Source: an uncultured Prevotellaceae bacterium | Lineage (GTDB): Bacteria; Bacteroidota; Bacteroidia; Bacteroidales; Bacteroidaceae | NCBI GenBank assembly: GCA_900314715.1 | Contig: OMWI01000007.1 | Coordinates: forward strand, 43,841 to 107,840 | Reading direction: 5' to 3' | DNA: 64,000 bases | Part shown: positions 1 to 9,528 of the stretch, one piece after another | Layout: every line of letters begins with the position of its first letter | Position numbering within the stretch: position 1 is the stretch's first letter | The notes under the pieces: generated by a model | The model's input: the letters and a program-made list of their open reading frames with translations, nothing else | Told to the model about the DNA's origin: nothing | Databases searched by the model: none | Made by a program: the position numbers and the translations under genes

Positions 1-522
1 TTTGTAGTAAGCTAATGCTACCAGGAAAAGTGACGCTGCAGCTCCTGCCTTCATACCATTCGTGCCAAATGAAAAAGTGGAAAAGGCCCCTAAATAAACA
101 ACAAAAGCTAAGAGAGAATCTTTTGGAAATAATTTCAAACAAGCACATAACATGAACATGAAATAAATTGTAGACATTAAGAAAAAAAATACGCCACTTT
201 CATATTTTTGTGAACCCATCCATGCAAATAAATTATCGAAAATGAAATTGTCAGCATGCCTGTCAAAGACAAATCTAGCACCGTAATAAGTGAAATAATA
301 TGAATAATCGTACATATTCATGTCTACAAAATATCTCTCATCAACAGGACGTAGACCAATAAATAAAGTAAAAAAAAGTGCTAGCAAAATAGCATAATTT
401 TTTTTAGAAAAATCATGTTTGATGATAAATCTATATTTCCATTTCGCATAATCTTTCATTACACTGAATGTAATTAGTGTAACTAATAAGAGATAAAATG
501 GGTGATATAAGCTAGGATGCAT
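1..522 (-). CDS. Partial polytopic membrane protein (N-terminal ~174 aa, continues off the left edge); EpsG/Wzy-like polysaccharide polymerase candidate
   Basis: Absent from the ORF track because it runs off the window. My own translation from the ATG at 522..520 gives MHPSLYHPFYLLLVTLITF...FTLFIGLRPVDERYFVDM...GAFSTFSFGTNGMKAGAAASLFLVALAYYK. It has several hydrophobic segments and lies at the distal end of a glycosyltransferase/flippase locus. Confidence 0.5.
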   Translation of the reverse strand, partial: MHPSLYHPFYLLLVTLITFSVMKDYAKWKYRFIIKHDFSKKNYAILLALFFTLFIGLRPVDERYFVDMNMYDYSYYFTYYGARFVFDRHADNFIFDNLFAWMGSQKYESGVFFFLMSTIYFMFMLCACLKLFPKDSLLAFVVYLGAFSTFSFGTNGMKAGAAASLFLVALAYYK

Positions 523-528
523 TAAGTT

Positions 529-1263
529 CTATTTCTTTAAATATTCTTTAATGTAATGAAAAGTTAATCCAAATAGCCTATGTGAAAGTCTACTTATCTT
601 TATTCTAAAAATATTCGCGTCACTCCATGTCTTACTATACCAATGAATAGACCGAGTATTATCTGTGATATTTAGTTTTCCCGTGAAATCATCTAATGGA
701 TTAAAATAGTCTTGAGGATATATCCAAATACCTTCTATGTGTTGAATATCATTGCTTGCTTGTAGACCAAGTACTTTTAACAATTCTGTATTGTAATAAA
801 CAATAGTTTTTTGATTGTATGTTCCATCCTGATTGAAAAAATGGAGTTTGGCATAATAATTTAATATTTGTTTGTAAAATGACATGTTCGCCTCTGCACC
901 AAGACACAATCCAGGAGCTACCATCGGAACTTTTCCTTTTCTGCTTGGAATTTCCACTCCCATAAATGGTCCTTTTGTGATGATATCATCCAAAGGTTTT
1001 ATGATTTCAACGTCTGTGTCAAAGTATATTCCTCCGTATTTATATAGAATCCAATAACGTGCATAATCACTAACAAAAGCATATTTTTTTGCTTTATATG
1101 CTTCCTTAGTATATGTAATGCAGTTTACATCAAAATTATCCTCATTCCATTCCTTGATTTCATAATTAGGAAGAAACTTTTTCCATGAAGATATACATTT
1201 CCGAACTTTTTTGGGAAGAGGGTTCTTGCCAAACCAACAATAGTGGATAATATTTGGGATCAT
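529..1263 (-). CDS. Glycosyltransferase with DXD motif (capsule-synthesis / Gly_transf_sug-like)
   Basis: N-terminus IIHYCWFGKNPLPKKV...SW and the motif FDTDVEI are typical of the DXD sugar-binding family. ATGA overlap with the upstream gene. Confidence 0.75.
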   Translation of the reverse strand: MIPNIIHYCWFGKNPLPKKVRKCISSWKKFLPNYEIKEWNEDNFDVNCITYTKEAYKAKKYAFVSDYARYWILYKYGGIYFDTDVEIIKPLDDIITKGPFMGVEIPSRKGKVPMVAPGLCLGAEANMSFYKQILNYYAKLHFFNQDGTYNQKTIVYYNTELLKVLGLQASNDIQHIEGIWIYPQDYFNPLDDFTGKLNITDNTRSIHWYSKTWSDANIFRIKISRLSHRLFGLTFHYIKEYLKK

Positions 1264-2489
1264 ATCAATTGATATAATTTTTCAATTTCCATAACATTTC
1301 CATAGTCATGGATTTGGAGATACTTTTTGATTTTTTCCCGAAGACTTATGTTTGCAATAAATTCTACAATACCACGAGCGCAGCCATCGTTGTCCAATGG
1401 AACAATTAGTCCATCTTTACCATCTTTAATTTGACATTTGGCTGTAGGGTAATCTGTCACCACAACGGGTTTATATAGCATTTGTGCTTCACGCACCGAT
1501 ACAGATTTCCCTTCATAGAGAGAAGGCTGTACATATATGTCGCAGGCATTTATATATGGATATGGGTTCGAACGTTTACCAAGAATGAAAACGTAGTCTT
1601 CCATTTTAGATTCTTGAATTTTTCGGCGAATAAGTTGTTCTTCGCCACCATAACCAATGATAAACCAGCGGACGTTTAACTTTGAATTATGAACTTTGAT
1701 TATTGAGTTTATTCGATGGCAGATGTCGGGGATATTTGAAAAGTTTTTTTGACGAGAAAACCTACCTATACTTAAAAGAACAATAGATTCTTTTTCTTTT
1801 GATGCCAATTCCAAATGAGCATCAAATTCTTCTGCTCGATTGCGTACAAAATCAGGAGATAGAATATTCTCCATTTCTATAATTTTTTTCTTTAAAGTGG
1901 GGAATACATGAAGGAATGACCTTGTAACATCAGGGGATATTGATATGATGTTGTCATATGTGTTCCAAATGGGAAGTTCTTCGTCTACGTTTATGTTAAT
2001 CTTTGAGTAGTCCGTGTGAATCCAACATATTTTTTTCTTTGCCAGAACTTTATCTAAAACAAAATTGTGTGGGGTTAGAAAACTAATAGCCAGATCATAT
2101 TCTCCAAATTGGTATAGTGAAGGTAAATAGGGGGAAACGCATTTAGCAATATACAGTAGTCCTGCAGCACTTTCTTGTTTTTTTGTTTTCTTAAGAAATT
2201 TATGATGTAACCATTTTGCCTTTATACGTCCATACAGTATTCTCCAAAACCCATTAATGAGGGTGCTTTTCATCGGGCATTCTATTTGTGTATATTCCAC
2301 GATTTCCGGTAGTAAATTTACTTCTTTTGGAATATAATTTAATAATTCTCCTCGATGTGAATGAATAAATAAATCTATGTCATAATGGGAGTAGTCTATA
2401 GCCTGCAATAAACCAATCAGACTTATTTCTGCTCCACCGAGTTCCATGTAGTGTATAGAAATGAAAATTTTTTTTTTCTCCATGTTCAT
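1260..2489 (-). CDS. Glycosyltransferase, GT4 (GT-B fold) family
   Basis: 409 aa with N-terminal MELGGAE. The C-terminal part (QPSLYEGKSVSVREAQMLYKPVV) matches the E-x7-E region of group 1 glycosyltransferases. Confidence 0.8.
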   Translation of the reverse strand: MNMEKKKIFISIHYMELGGAEISLIGLLQAIDYSHYDIDLFIHSHRGELLNYIPKEVNLLPEIVEYTQIECPMKSTLINGFWRILYGRIKAKWLHHKFLKKTKKQESAAGLLYIAKCVSPYLPSLYQFGEYDLAISFLTPHNFVLDKVLAKKKICWIHTDYSKININVDEELPIWNTYDNIISISPDVTRSFLHVFPTLKKKIIEMENILSPDFVRNRAEEFDAHLELASKEKESIVLLSIGRFSRQKNFSNIPDICHRINSIIKVHNSKLNVRWFIIGYGGEEQLIRRKIQESKMEDYVFILGKRSNPYPYINACDIYVQPSLYEGKSVSVREAQMLYKPVVVTDYPTAKCQIKDGKDGLIVPLDNDGCARGIVEFIANISLREKIKKYLQIHDYGNVMEIEKLYQLI

Positions 2490-2491
2490 GG

Positions 2492-3400
2492 TTAATGATT
2501 ACTTACTTCGATAGGTAGGGTAATCCATTTTCCAAATATGGTATCCCATTCGCTGGGCTCGAATCTTGTCCATCCACCATGATGAAAGAATGTCATCTCT
2601 CCGAAATAGATATTTCCGTCTACCTCGTAAAAATCAACCCTTACTTGAGGTAATCCTTTAGACAAAATTGCGGCAAGATGTTTCATGTCATTAAAACGTA
2701 GTGGCTTCTCAGGTAGAATACGAGCATTTTCATGTCCTTGTTTGAAAGGTAAATGATTGAAATCCACATCAAAGAAATCAAATTTGACATCCACGCCTTC
2801 TTTTTGCCTTTCTGTTGCAATAAAAAGAGCTTTAACTTCACCATTAAAACAGAAGAACTTGTAGTCACGTAATTCCTTAGTCTTTGTATCCTCCATATAT
2901 TTTTCTGCAATGATTCTTGGCTTGATATCCTTGTAAGGCCATTCAAATCCCATATAATAGAAATTTCTTCTCATGCTTTTTCGAAGGATTTTCTTTGCTT
3001 TTTTGATGTTAAGTTTTGATTTGTCTTTACATATCACCAGTCCTCCACTGTCATGAGTGCATTTTAAGACAAATTGATTAGGAAGACTGTTGAAGTCAAT
3101 GTCTTCAACTTTGTCCCACACCTCTAATGTCGGAATAATATATTGAGAACCTATTTTATTAGCTATATATTTTTTTACTTCATATTTATCAACAAGTTTA
3201 GTATAGAGTGGATTGTGATCATATAGTTTCATCCATTGGAGTTTCTCACTAAATGTTTGGGGATTTTTTAAATTTAATTTGTAGCCAATCCGATTGTAAA
3301 ACATGCGAGGTACGTATTTTTCTGGATTGACAAAATGCCGCTTATAATATTCCTTCCATTCAAGGATGTCTAAAATCTTTTTCTTTAATTTATTATTCAT
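2492..3400 (-). CDS. TupA-like ATP-grasp amidoligase family protein
   Basis: The signature NLKNPQTFSEKLQWMKLYDHNPLYTKLVDKYEVKKYI is characteristic of the TupA-like ATP-grasp family (teichuronopeptide-type). Located in a polysaccharide locus. Confidence 0.75.
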   Translation of the reverse strand: MNNKLKKKILDILEWKEYYKRHFVNPEKYVPRMFYNRIGYKLNLKNPQTFSEKLQWMKLYDHNPLYTKLVDKYEVKKYIANKIGSQYIIPTLEVWDKVEDIDFNSLPNQFVLKCTHDSGGLVICKDKSKLNIKKAKKILRKSMRRNFYYMGFEWPYKDIKPRIIAEKYMEDTKTKELRDYKFFCFNGEVKALFIATERQKEGVDVKFDFFDVDFNHLPFKQGHENARILPEKPLRFNDMKHLAAILSKGLPQVRVDFYEVDGNIYFGEMTFFHHGGWTRFEPSEWDTIFGKWITLPIEVSNH

Positions 3401-4415
3401 TTCCTATTTCTTTCAAAAACCGTTTGTTTTGTGCGATTAATTTTACCTTAATTCTTATCCTCGAAATAATGATTGTGACAAGTTTGGGAAAGTCATTCCA
3501 TCTTATCATTTTCTTGTTTCTCAATTTGAAAAGTAAAAGTCTGATTTCTAAATTATTTCGTAAGTGTTGACTTTCAACGAGATGCTTTTCTTCATTTCCT
3601 TTAAGAATCTTCTTTACCCATGATTCCATCTCCTTGGTTGTAACAGATGTGTCAACACCACATGATAGTAATTTATGGTATCTGTATTCCCTGTCGGTTG
3701 GTATGATCCCCAATCTTGCCAGTCTCCTTTTTCGAATGATATCTGCTGCTTTGTTTTGTTCGTCCCTCTTTTGTGATGTAATTTGAGCTGCATGTACTCT
3801 ATAGTACAACAAAACATCACTCAAAACCGCTAATTTCCCATATATGCTGGCACGTTCCCAAAGATCATAATCTTGTGCTTTTAATACATTCTCATCGTAT
3901 GACAAATTGTTTTTTTCAAGAAAACACTTGCGTATCATTACTGAAGGGTGGCAAAGAGTGCTTGAGAAAAACAACAAACATTTTGCTTCTTGGTCAGATA
4001 ACCCAAAAGCGGGACTCATAAAAATGTGTTCATTACCAAACGACACAACTCCTGTTCCCACAATGGCTATATCTTGATGAATATTTAGAAAATCAACTTG
4101 TTTTTCTAAGCGGTCAGGTGTAGCAATATCATCTGCATCCATTCGGGCAATAAATTCCCCTTTAGCCAATTGAAGTCCAATGTTGAGCGATTTAGTCAAC
4201 CCTTGGTTGATATCATTGTGAACAATTTTAACATTTGGCCTATTATCGCACAGTTCTTTTAAAACCAATTTACAAGATTCATTGGAAGCATCATCAATTA
4301 CTATCAATTCGACATTCTGATAGGATTGTCTAAAAAGACTTTCAAAAGCCGACTTTAGATGTTCCTTTTTTTCGTTGTGAACACCCATTACAACAGAGAC
4401 TAATCCTCTTTCCAT
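3393..4415 (-). CDS. Glycosyltransferase family 2
   Basis: VSVVMGVHNE...DDASN...ARMDADD are GT2 motifs. I prefer Met20 of the track ORF (MERGLVSVV) as the start; the 5' extension to 4472 overlaps the upstream GT2. Confidence 0.85.
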   Translation of the reverse strand: MERGLVSVVMGVHNEKKEHLKSAFESLFRQSYQNVELIVIDDASNESCKLVLKELCDNRPNVKIVHNDINQGLTKSLNIGLQLAKGEFIARMDADDIATPDRLEKQVDFLNIHQDIAIVGTGVVSFGNEHIFMSPAFGLSDQEAKCLLFFSSTLCHPSVMIRKCFLEKNNLSYDENVLKAQDYDLWERASIYGKLAVLSDVLLYYRVHAAQITSQKRDEQNKAADIIRKRRLARLGIIPTDREYRYHKLLSCGVDTSVTTKEMESWVKKILKGNEEKHLVESQHLRNNLEIRLLLFKLRNKKMIRWNDFPKLVTIIISRIRIKVKLIAQNKRFLKEIGNE

Positions 4416-5401
4416 ATAATTCCTTTTGCCTTGTATGTACCAAGTATGCTTTTTTTGTATAGAGAATGGCAATTTGCCATCATAATTCCCATTAATCGCT
4501 TTTTTATAGTAATATACTTATTTCGATACAACATTTTTTTAGAAGAAGCTAAGTTGTCAGAGACTATATTGTACAATTGCTCAGCCTCTTCTGACTTTAT
4601 CTTGCGTAGTGTAAGTAGTGCGCTATTTCCTAAAACAATATTTGAGTATAAGTATTGATATTCTGCTTCCATCTTTAATGACGGGATTTTCGACATTTCT
4701 GATAGAATCAGCCTTGTGTGTTTTATCCAATCCAAAAAACGCAGACCTTTTGGAGAAGATGTATTACTTCCTTCCCGTCGAATATAGTGATAGAATGGTT
4801 GATTGATAAAACTTATCTTTTTTTCTGATTTAAATATCCAGTAATTAAGCATGTAGTCTTCATTGACTTCATTCTCAGGAAAAGAAATTTCTTTAAAGAG
4901 AGATTTCAAATATAAATTGGTACATGCGCTATGCCAGTGACCCAATAAAAAGTGATGCAATAATTCTTCATTATCATAACAACGCGTTTCCAATGAATTG
5001 TCGTTGTAAAGAATGTCTCTTTTATTCTTAAAATAGGTAGCAAGTCCACAAATAGCAATATTCACGTTGTCGTTTTTAATAAGTGAATATAACGTTGTAT
5101 ACATTTTGGAATCTATTGTGTCATCGCTATCAACAAATCCAACATATTTCCCCTTTGCGACTTGAATTCCAAAATTTCTAGCACTTGCCGACCCTCCATT
5201 TTTTTTATGGAACAATGTCACGTGATCGTATCTCTTTGATAATTCATCACATTTTTTAAGAGTGTAATCATCTGTTGATCCGTCATCAATTATGATAATT
5301 TCTATATGCTGATAATCTTGAGCTAAGATACTTTCTATACAATCACTTAAATAAAGACCAGTATTATAAACTGGAACAATTATGGAAATTAACTCATTCA
5401 T
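4400..5401 (-). CDS. Glycosyltransferase family 2
   Basis: ISIIVPVYNTGLYL...IIIDDGSTD...GFVDSDD are canonical GT2 motifs. Confidence 0.85.
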   Translation of the reverse strand: MNELISIIVPVYNTGLYLSDCIESILAQDYQHIEIIIIDDGSTDDYTLKKCDELSKRYDHVTLFHKKNGGSASARNFGIQVAKGKYVGFVDSDDTIDSKMYTTLYSLIKNDNVNIAICGLATYFKNKRDILYNDNSLETRCYDNEELLHHFLLGHWHSACTNLYLKSLFKEISFPENEVNEDYMLNYWIFKSEKKISFINQPFYHYIRREGSNTSSPKGLRFLDWIKHTRLILSEMSKIPSLKMEAEYQYLYSNIVLGNSALLTLRKIKSEEAEQLYNIVSDNLASSKKMLYRNKYITIKKRLMGIMMANCHSLYKKSILGTYKAKGIIWKED

Positions 5402-5413
5402 TTTGTTGTAAAC

Positions 5414-6955
5414 CTAAATATGTGCTGAATATTTCTTAAATTTGTTGAACACCAATTGCTTAACTAATTGTTTATCTTGAGTATTAATACCCAACACGTA
5501 AATCAAAGAAATACAACATAAACAACTACCAATGAAAAATAATACAAAACTAAAAAGAGAGTTTATTTGAATAAAAGGATGTAATAAAAACCATAGTGAA
5601 AGGTAAATTGTAGAAACAAGGACAGACCTATATATAACATCCACCAAATAGTTAAATATTGGAAAACCGATTTGTATTTTAACATGAAATGTCCGTATAA
5701 TAGCTGTAAGAAAGTTAATTAAAACACTAACAATAACAACTGTGTAAGGTGGCATTCCCATCTTTAAACAATAATATGATAAAGGAATATTGAGCATTAA
5801 AAAAAGATTCAACCAAATCTCATAAACCTTGATGTTGCCAGTTGCTGTTATTGCTTTCCACATTGGTGCTTGTAGCGAGTCAATGAGATTATATATGATT
5901 AACCATTGACAGAATAATCCAGCATAAAGTGGAACTTTTTTAAGCCATATTCCTAAAACCAAATCAATATTCAATATAAGGGGCATTGCTAATATAAAAA
6001 GCAAATAATATGAAAGTAAGGCAGAACGATTCATCAATTGAAATAGATCCTCTTTTTTGTCTTGAGAATATAATTTAACTATTTGTGGTGTATAAGCCAT
6101 CTGGAAATTTTCGGCAAATCCGCAGACAGCCCCATTAACTTGCGCTCCAACACCATGTGCTGCATTGGCAATTGTTCCACAAAAGGCGTTTATGATTAAA
6201 TTTCCAATTTGCTTGGTTCCTGTGTTTGCTACACCTCCTACAAAATTCCATCCAAAAAAATTCAGAAGCTTATTAAAATATCCTTTATCAATATACCAAT
6301 AGTAATTACAAGTTTTAAATTTGATTTGACAATATACTTTATATATTAGACTTATTATAATAGTAGTAATAAGAACAAGTAGACCATAAAGAATTAGTTT
6401 GTCAAAGGATCCAACATATAACAAAATGACAACAATCGCAAGTTTTAATAATACCTCCATAATACTAATGGCAGCATAAAAGTCCATTCTCTCATATGCA
6501 ATTATAGACGCAGAATAAGGAATTCTAGCAATATTGAAAATTACAGCTAATAAGGAAAATTGATATATCCATAATGCAGCCGTCATCCTGCCTTCTGGAA
6601 TGTTTAAAAAATGATTAATATAATATAAACCAATTGTCTCGCCAAGAATAAGAACGATGAAACAAATAAATAAGTGGGCTGTCATGCTCATTGAAAATGT
6701 ATCAGAAACTTTCTTGGCATCATGCTTGCCTAATTCATAGGTGATAAATCTTTGAGTAGCTGCTGACATAGAGTTATTTAACATGGAGATTAAAATAACA
6801 ATTCCACCAATTACATTATAAATGCCGAAATCACTAACACCAAGAACATCTAGTATGACTCTGGATGTATATAATGATACGACCATAGTCAAGATCATCC
6901 TAAAGTACAAATAAATCGTATTTTTAAGTATTCTTTTATTGGATGAAGGATTCAT
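5414..6955 (-). CDS. wzx: Wzx-type polysaccharide flippase (MOP/polysaccharide biosynthesis protein family)
   Basis: Highly hydrophobic multi-TM protein of ~513 aa, counted from MNPSSNKRILKNTIYLYFRM. The first 46 codons of the track ORF (to 7093) look like a non-coding read-in. Confidence 0.8.
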   Translation of the reverse strand: MNPSSNKRILKNTIYLYFRMILTMVVSLYTSRVILDVLGVSDFGIYNVIGGIVILISMLNNSMSAATQRFITYELGKHDAKKVSDTFSMSMTAHLFICFIVLILGETIGLYYINHFLNIPEGRMTAALWIYQFSLLAVIFNIARIPYSASIIAYERMDFYAAISIMEVLLKLAIVVILLYVGSFDKLILYGLLVLITTIIISLIYKVYCQIKFKTCNYYWYIDKGYFNKLLNFFGWNFVGGVANTGTKQIGNLIINAFCGTIANAAHGVGAQVNGAVCGFAENFQMAYTPQIVKLYSQDKKEDLFQLMNRSALLSYYLLFILAMPLILNIDLVLGIWLKKVPLYAGLFCQWLIIYNLIDSLQAPMWKAITATGNIKVYEIWLNLFLMLNIPLSYYCLKMGMPPYTVVIVSVLINFLTAIIRTFHVKIQIGFPIFNYLVDVIYRSVLVSTIYLSLWFLLHPFIQINSLFSFVLFFIGSCLCCISLIYVLGINTQDKQLVKQLVFNKFKKYSAHI

Positions 6956-7152
6956 TGCTATGAAAATTAAGGATGTAACGCTTTTCCATCTTTTAATGTT
7001 TTTAAGGTTATATCTTAGCGTAAAGAATAATTGGGAGTGGTATAGATATATGTGGCATTCATATACTTCTTTTCCTCTCCCATGAAAAAACATGGGGTAA
7101 AAGAAATAGTTGTGAACGCCGCTTATGAATGTTTCTCAAGTAATATAACAAC

Positions 7153-7187
7153 AAAAAAACATGTAACGAAACGTTAAATTTCGTTAC
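7153..7187 (-). terminator. Intrinsic-terminator-like hairpin plus U-tract in the leader upstream of wzx
   Basis: Perfect 9-bp stem gtaacgaaa/tttcgttac (7163-7171 / 7179-7187) with a 7-nt loop. On the minus strand it is followed by atg + T7 (7159-7153). Confidence 0.45.
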
Positions 7188-7344
7188 ACTGTTTATTTCT
7201 TGTGGTTTTTGGTGAGTTTTTCTTCATTATTACTAAATTTGTTTTTCTCACTTATATAACCATTTCTTGATGTAACACTCGCAGTATCTTTTGTTTACAC
7301 TCGCATCTCATCAAAAGATTTGAGTGCTTGTATTATTTTGCGTG

Positions 7345-7352
7345 CAAAGGTA
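7345..7352 (-). promoter_or_regulatory. Bacteroidetes -7 promoter box (TAccTTTG) for the wzx/glycosyltransferase block
   Basis: Exact TAnnTTTG on the minus strand, in the ~510-bp gap between the ATP-grasp stop (7465) and the wzx start (6955). Confidence 0.4.
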
Positions 7353-7464
7353 GCTATTTTTTTTTGAATTTTCTTATGAAAAATGAAATAATTTAAACGG
7401 CAAAATAAAAAACGTGTTAAATACTTTAAAAAACAACGATTCTTTAGATTCAAAAAAATAATTC

Positions 7465-8577
7465 TCATAGAAGGAACTTGTGATTACTTTGGTAAATAAA
7501 GTAGCCATTTCGTTGAAAATTGCTTATAGTATCTTCTAAAGGATTATTACCAATATGTTTTTCTATTATTTTGCTTTTGCTTTTGTTGTCTAAAATAAAG
7601 TCTTTTACATTCTTAGTCAACATGCAATAAAAAAATATACCAGCATATTTAGTATATGAAAAATGAGGTGGCTGAAAGTTTCCAAAAGCTAATTCGACAA
7701 CTCCACGTGTAAAATCGTATCCCGTAGAAAGGCGAACTAAATCTGATGTTATCATATCGCCTCCCATGCGAGCTCCAACTTCAATGATGAATAGTTCCCC
7801 CTTTGTGTTGAGCTTAATTTCTGTATGACTCGCTGAATTTTCTATTTTAAGAGCAGTTAAAGCTTTTTCAACCATGCATTTAATTCGCTGGGCATCATAC
7901 AATGAGATGTCTGCTGGTTGGTGGTGTTCTAATTCGACAAAATGAGGTTTGCCCGAAGTAACTTTATCTGTTATTTGAACATTATAATGTATGCCTTGAT
8001 ATGAGATATATTCCACGGAGAATTCTCTGCCGTCAATATATTCTTCAACGATGACTTGTCCAGATTTTGAGTATTGTATGGAGTCATCATATAAACATTC
8101 AAGTTCTTTTAATGAATTAGCGTAATTAATACCACGACTTCCTCCATTATCAATTGGTTTTATGATGACAGGGAATGAAATTTCAATATTTTTTAATTCT
8201 TCTTTTTCTTTTATTAGATAAAAATTTGGAGTGGGAATTCCATTCTCTCTGAAGCAATTACGTTGTGAATACTTTGTTTCAGTTAGTTTTTGACACTCAA
8301 ATGAGTTACTAACTAAGTTCATATTTTGCGCGACATAAATAACTGTAGGAAGGGCTGATTCTAATGAGAAAGAGGTGATGCCGTCAATTTTTTCCTTTTT
8401 GCATACTTCAAGAACTCTTTCTTTTTCTGTAAATGAAATTGGATAAAAAACATCGCAATATTTTTTACATATTGATCCTTCTTCCCATGCAATACCAATG
8501 ATACGATATTTACCATGAATCTGTTGATAGAAAGGTTCCAAAGGCTTGTTAGCCCCAATAACTGCAATAGTTTTCAT
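7465..8577 (-). CDS. ATP-grasp domain protein (carboxylate-amine ligase-like)
   Basis: The start MKTIAVIGANK makes an ATGA overlap with the upstream gene. PVIIKPIDNGGSRGI and FIIEVGARMGGD are ATP-grasp hallmarks. Confidence 0.75.
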   Translation of the reverse strand: MKTIAVIGANKPLEPFYQQIHGKYRIIGIAWEEGSICKKYCDVFYPISFTEKERVLEVCKKEKIDGITSFSLESALPTVIYVAQNMNLVSNSFECQKLTETKYSQRNCFRENGIPTPNFYLIKEKEELKNIEISFPVIIKPIDNGGSRGINYANSLKELECLYDDSIQYSKSGQVIVEEYIDGREFSVEYISYQGIHYNVQITDKVTSGKPHFVELEHHQPADISLYDAQRIKCMVEKALTALKIENSASHTEIKLNTKGELFIIEVGARMGGDMITSDLVRLSTGYDFTRGVVELAFGNFQPPHFSYTKYAGIFFYCMLTKNVKDFILDNKSKSKIIEKHIGNNPLEDTISNFQRNGYFIYQSNHKFLL

Positions 8578-9524
8578 CGATTTATTGTTTTTATAATGAA
8601 ATTCATATCTTCTTCCGAGTATCTTTGATCGATAGGCAATGGTATCATTTTTTCCGCTAATGAATATTCTATGGAATCCGTGTCTGTCCATTCCAAAACA
8701 TTAGGCCAATATTGCGCAACATATATTCTATTCCTAATGAGGTGTTCTCTCAATTTTATGTCTTCAGAATAATAAGGGTAAATTAATGGTGTGGTGCCTT
8801 TTGTAATATTAAAATTTAACAAATTGCTATTACTTAATTGTTTGTGTAAATAAAGAAAATTGTCTTGTCTAATTCTTGCAATTTCTTCATAATCAATCGA
8901 CTGCATGATGCGTTGAGTTGTTTTTGACATCTTTTTTGTATCTTGATTTTTGAGGCTTTCCTCAGATTTGTGGAAAGCGGTAAACGCATACTCTTGTGAA
9001 TAATCAATACTATTAATTAAGTGGTTCATTCGATTATAAGAGAAATCTTGTTCTAATTGTATGTCTACATGCCCATTTGTATATAAATATGCCCCATCTG
9101 GCACACCAAAAAATTTGCGACAAGAATAAAATGTGTCAATACTTGTTATGGGAACTGCAAAAAAGGCTTGGGTGTTATCAATTATAAGTTTTTCTCCATA
9201 ATGCCGTGTGAGAAATTCTACATGTTCTTGTTTTAAACCATAATAATTGGTATAAAGGAGAACTTCATCTTTTCCTAAATCAATGATTTTTTCTAATTCG
9301 AAATTTTTATTGATATGGTAAAACTCATAATCAACACCTAATTTATGAATTGGTTCTAATACAGATTCACAAGTGTAAAATGGAATATATATTTTTTTAC
9401 ATTGACGATAGCGTAATATATACTCTAAACAATTACGACCAGTGTTGAGTTTTATGGCTCTTTTGTGATATTCCTCATGTAAAGGAAGTTCCAAAGAGAA
9501 GTATCCTCCTATTGCTTTGTTCAT
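8574..9524 (-). CDS. DegT/WecE-like (fold-type I PLP enzyme-like) protein; function uncertain
   Basis: N-terminal pattern NTGRNCLEYILR...IYIPFYTCESVLEPI resembles sugar aminotransferases (G-x-x-AL...P-x-T). The PLP lysine was not verified. The start could be 9551. Confidence 0.5.
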   Translation of the reverse strand: MNKAIGGYFSLELPLHEEYHKRAIKLNTGRNCLEYILRYRQCKKIYIPFYTCESVLEPIHKLGVDYEFYHINKNFELEKIIDLGKDEVLLYTNYYGLKQEHVEFLTRHYGEKLIIDNTQAFFAVPITSIDTFYSCRKFFGVPDGAYLYTNGHVDIQLEQDFSYNRMNHLINSIDYSQEYAFTAFHKSEESLKNQDTKKMSKTTQRIMQSIDYEEIARIRQDNFLYLHKQLSNSNLLNFNITKGTTPLIYPYYSEDIKLREHLIRNRIYVAQYWPNVLEWTDTDSIEYSLAEKMIPLPIDQRYSEEDMNFIIKTINR

Positions 9525-9528
9525 ATTA

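Noticed and set aside
6956-7093. The 5' extension of the Wzx ORF (track start 7093). Similar extensions occur for the S9 peptidase (13959), pullulanase (19336), GH77 (25400), PAP2 (29156), amylase (39301), RluA (43050) and the first barrel gene (57369).
   Set aside because: The extensions encode non-hydrophobic junk ahead of clear signal peptides or conserved N-termini. They overlap upstream genes or contain the promoter box itself. Internal Met starts give canonical N-termini and ATGA-type couplings.
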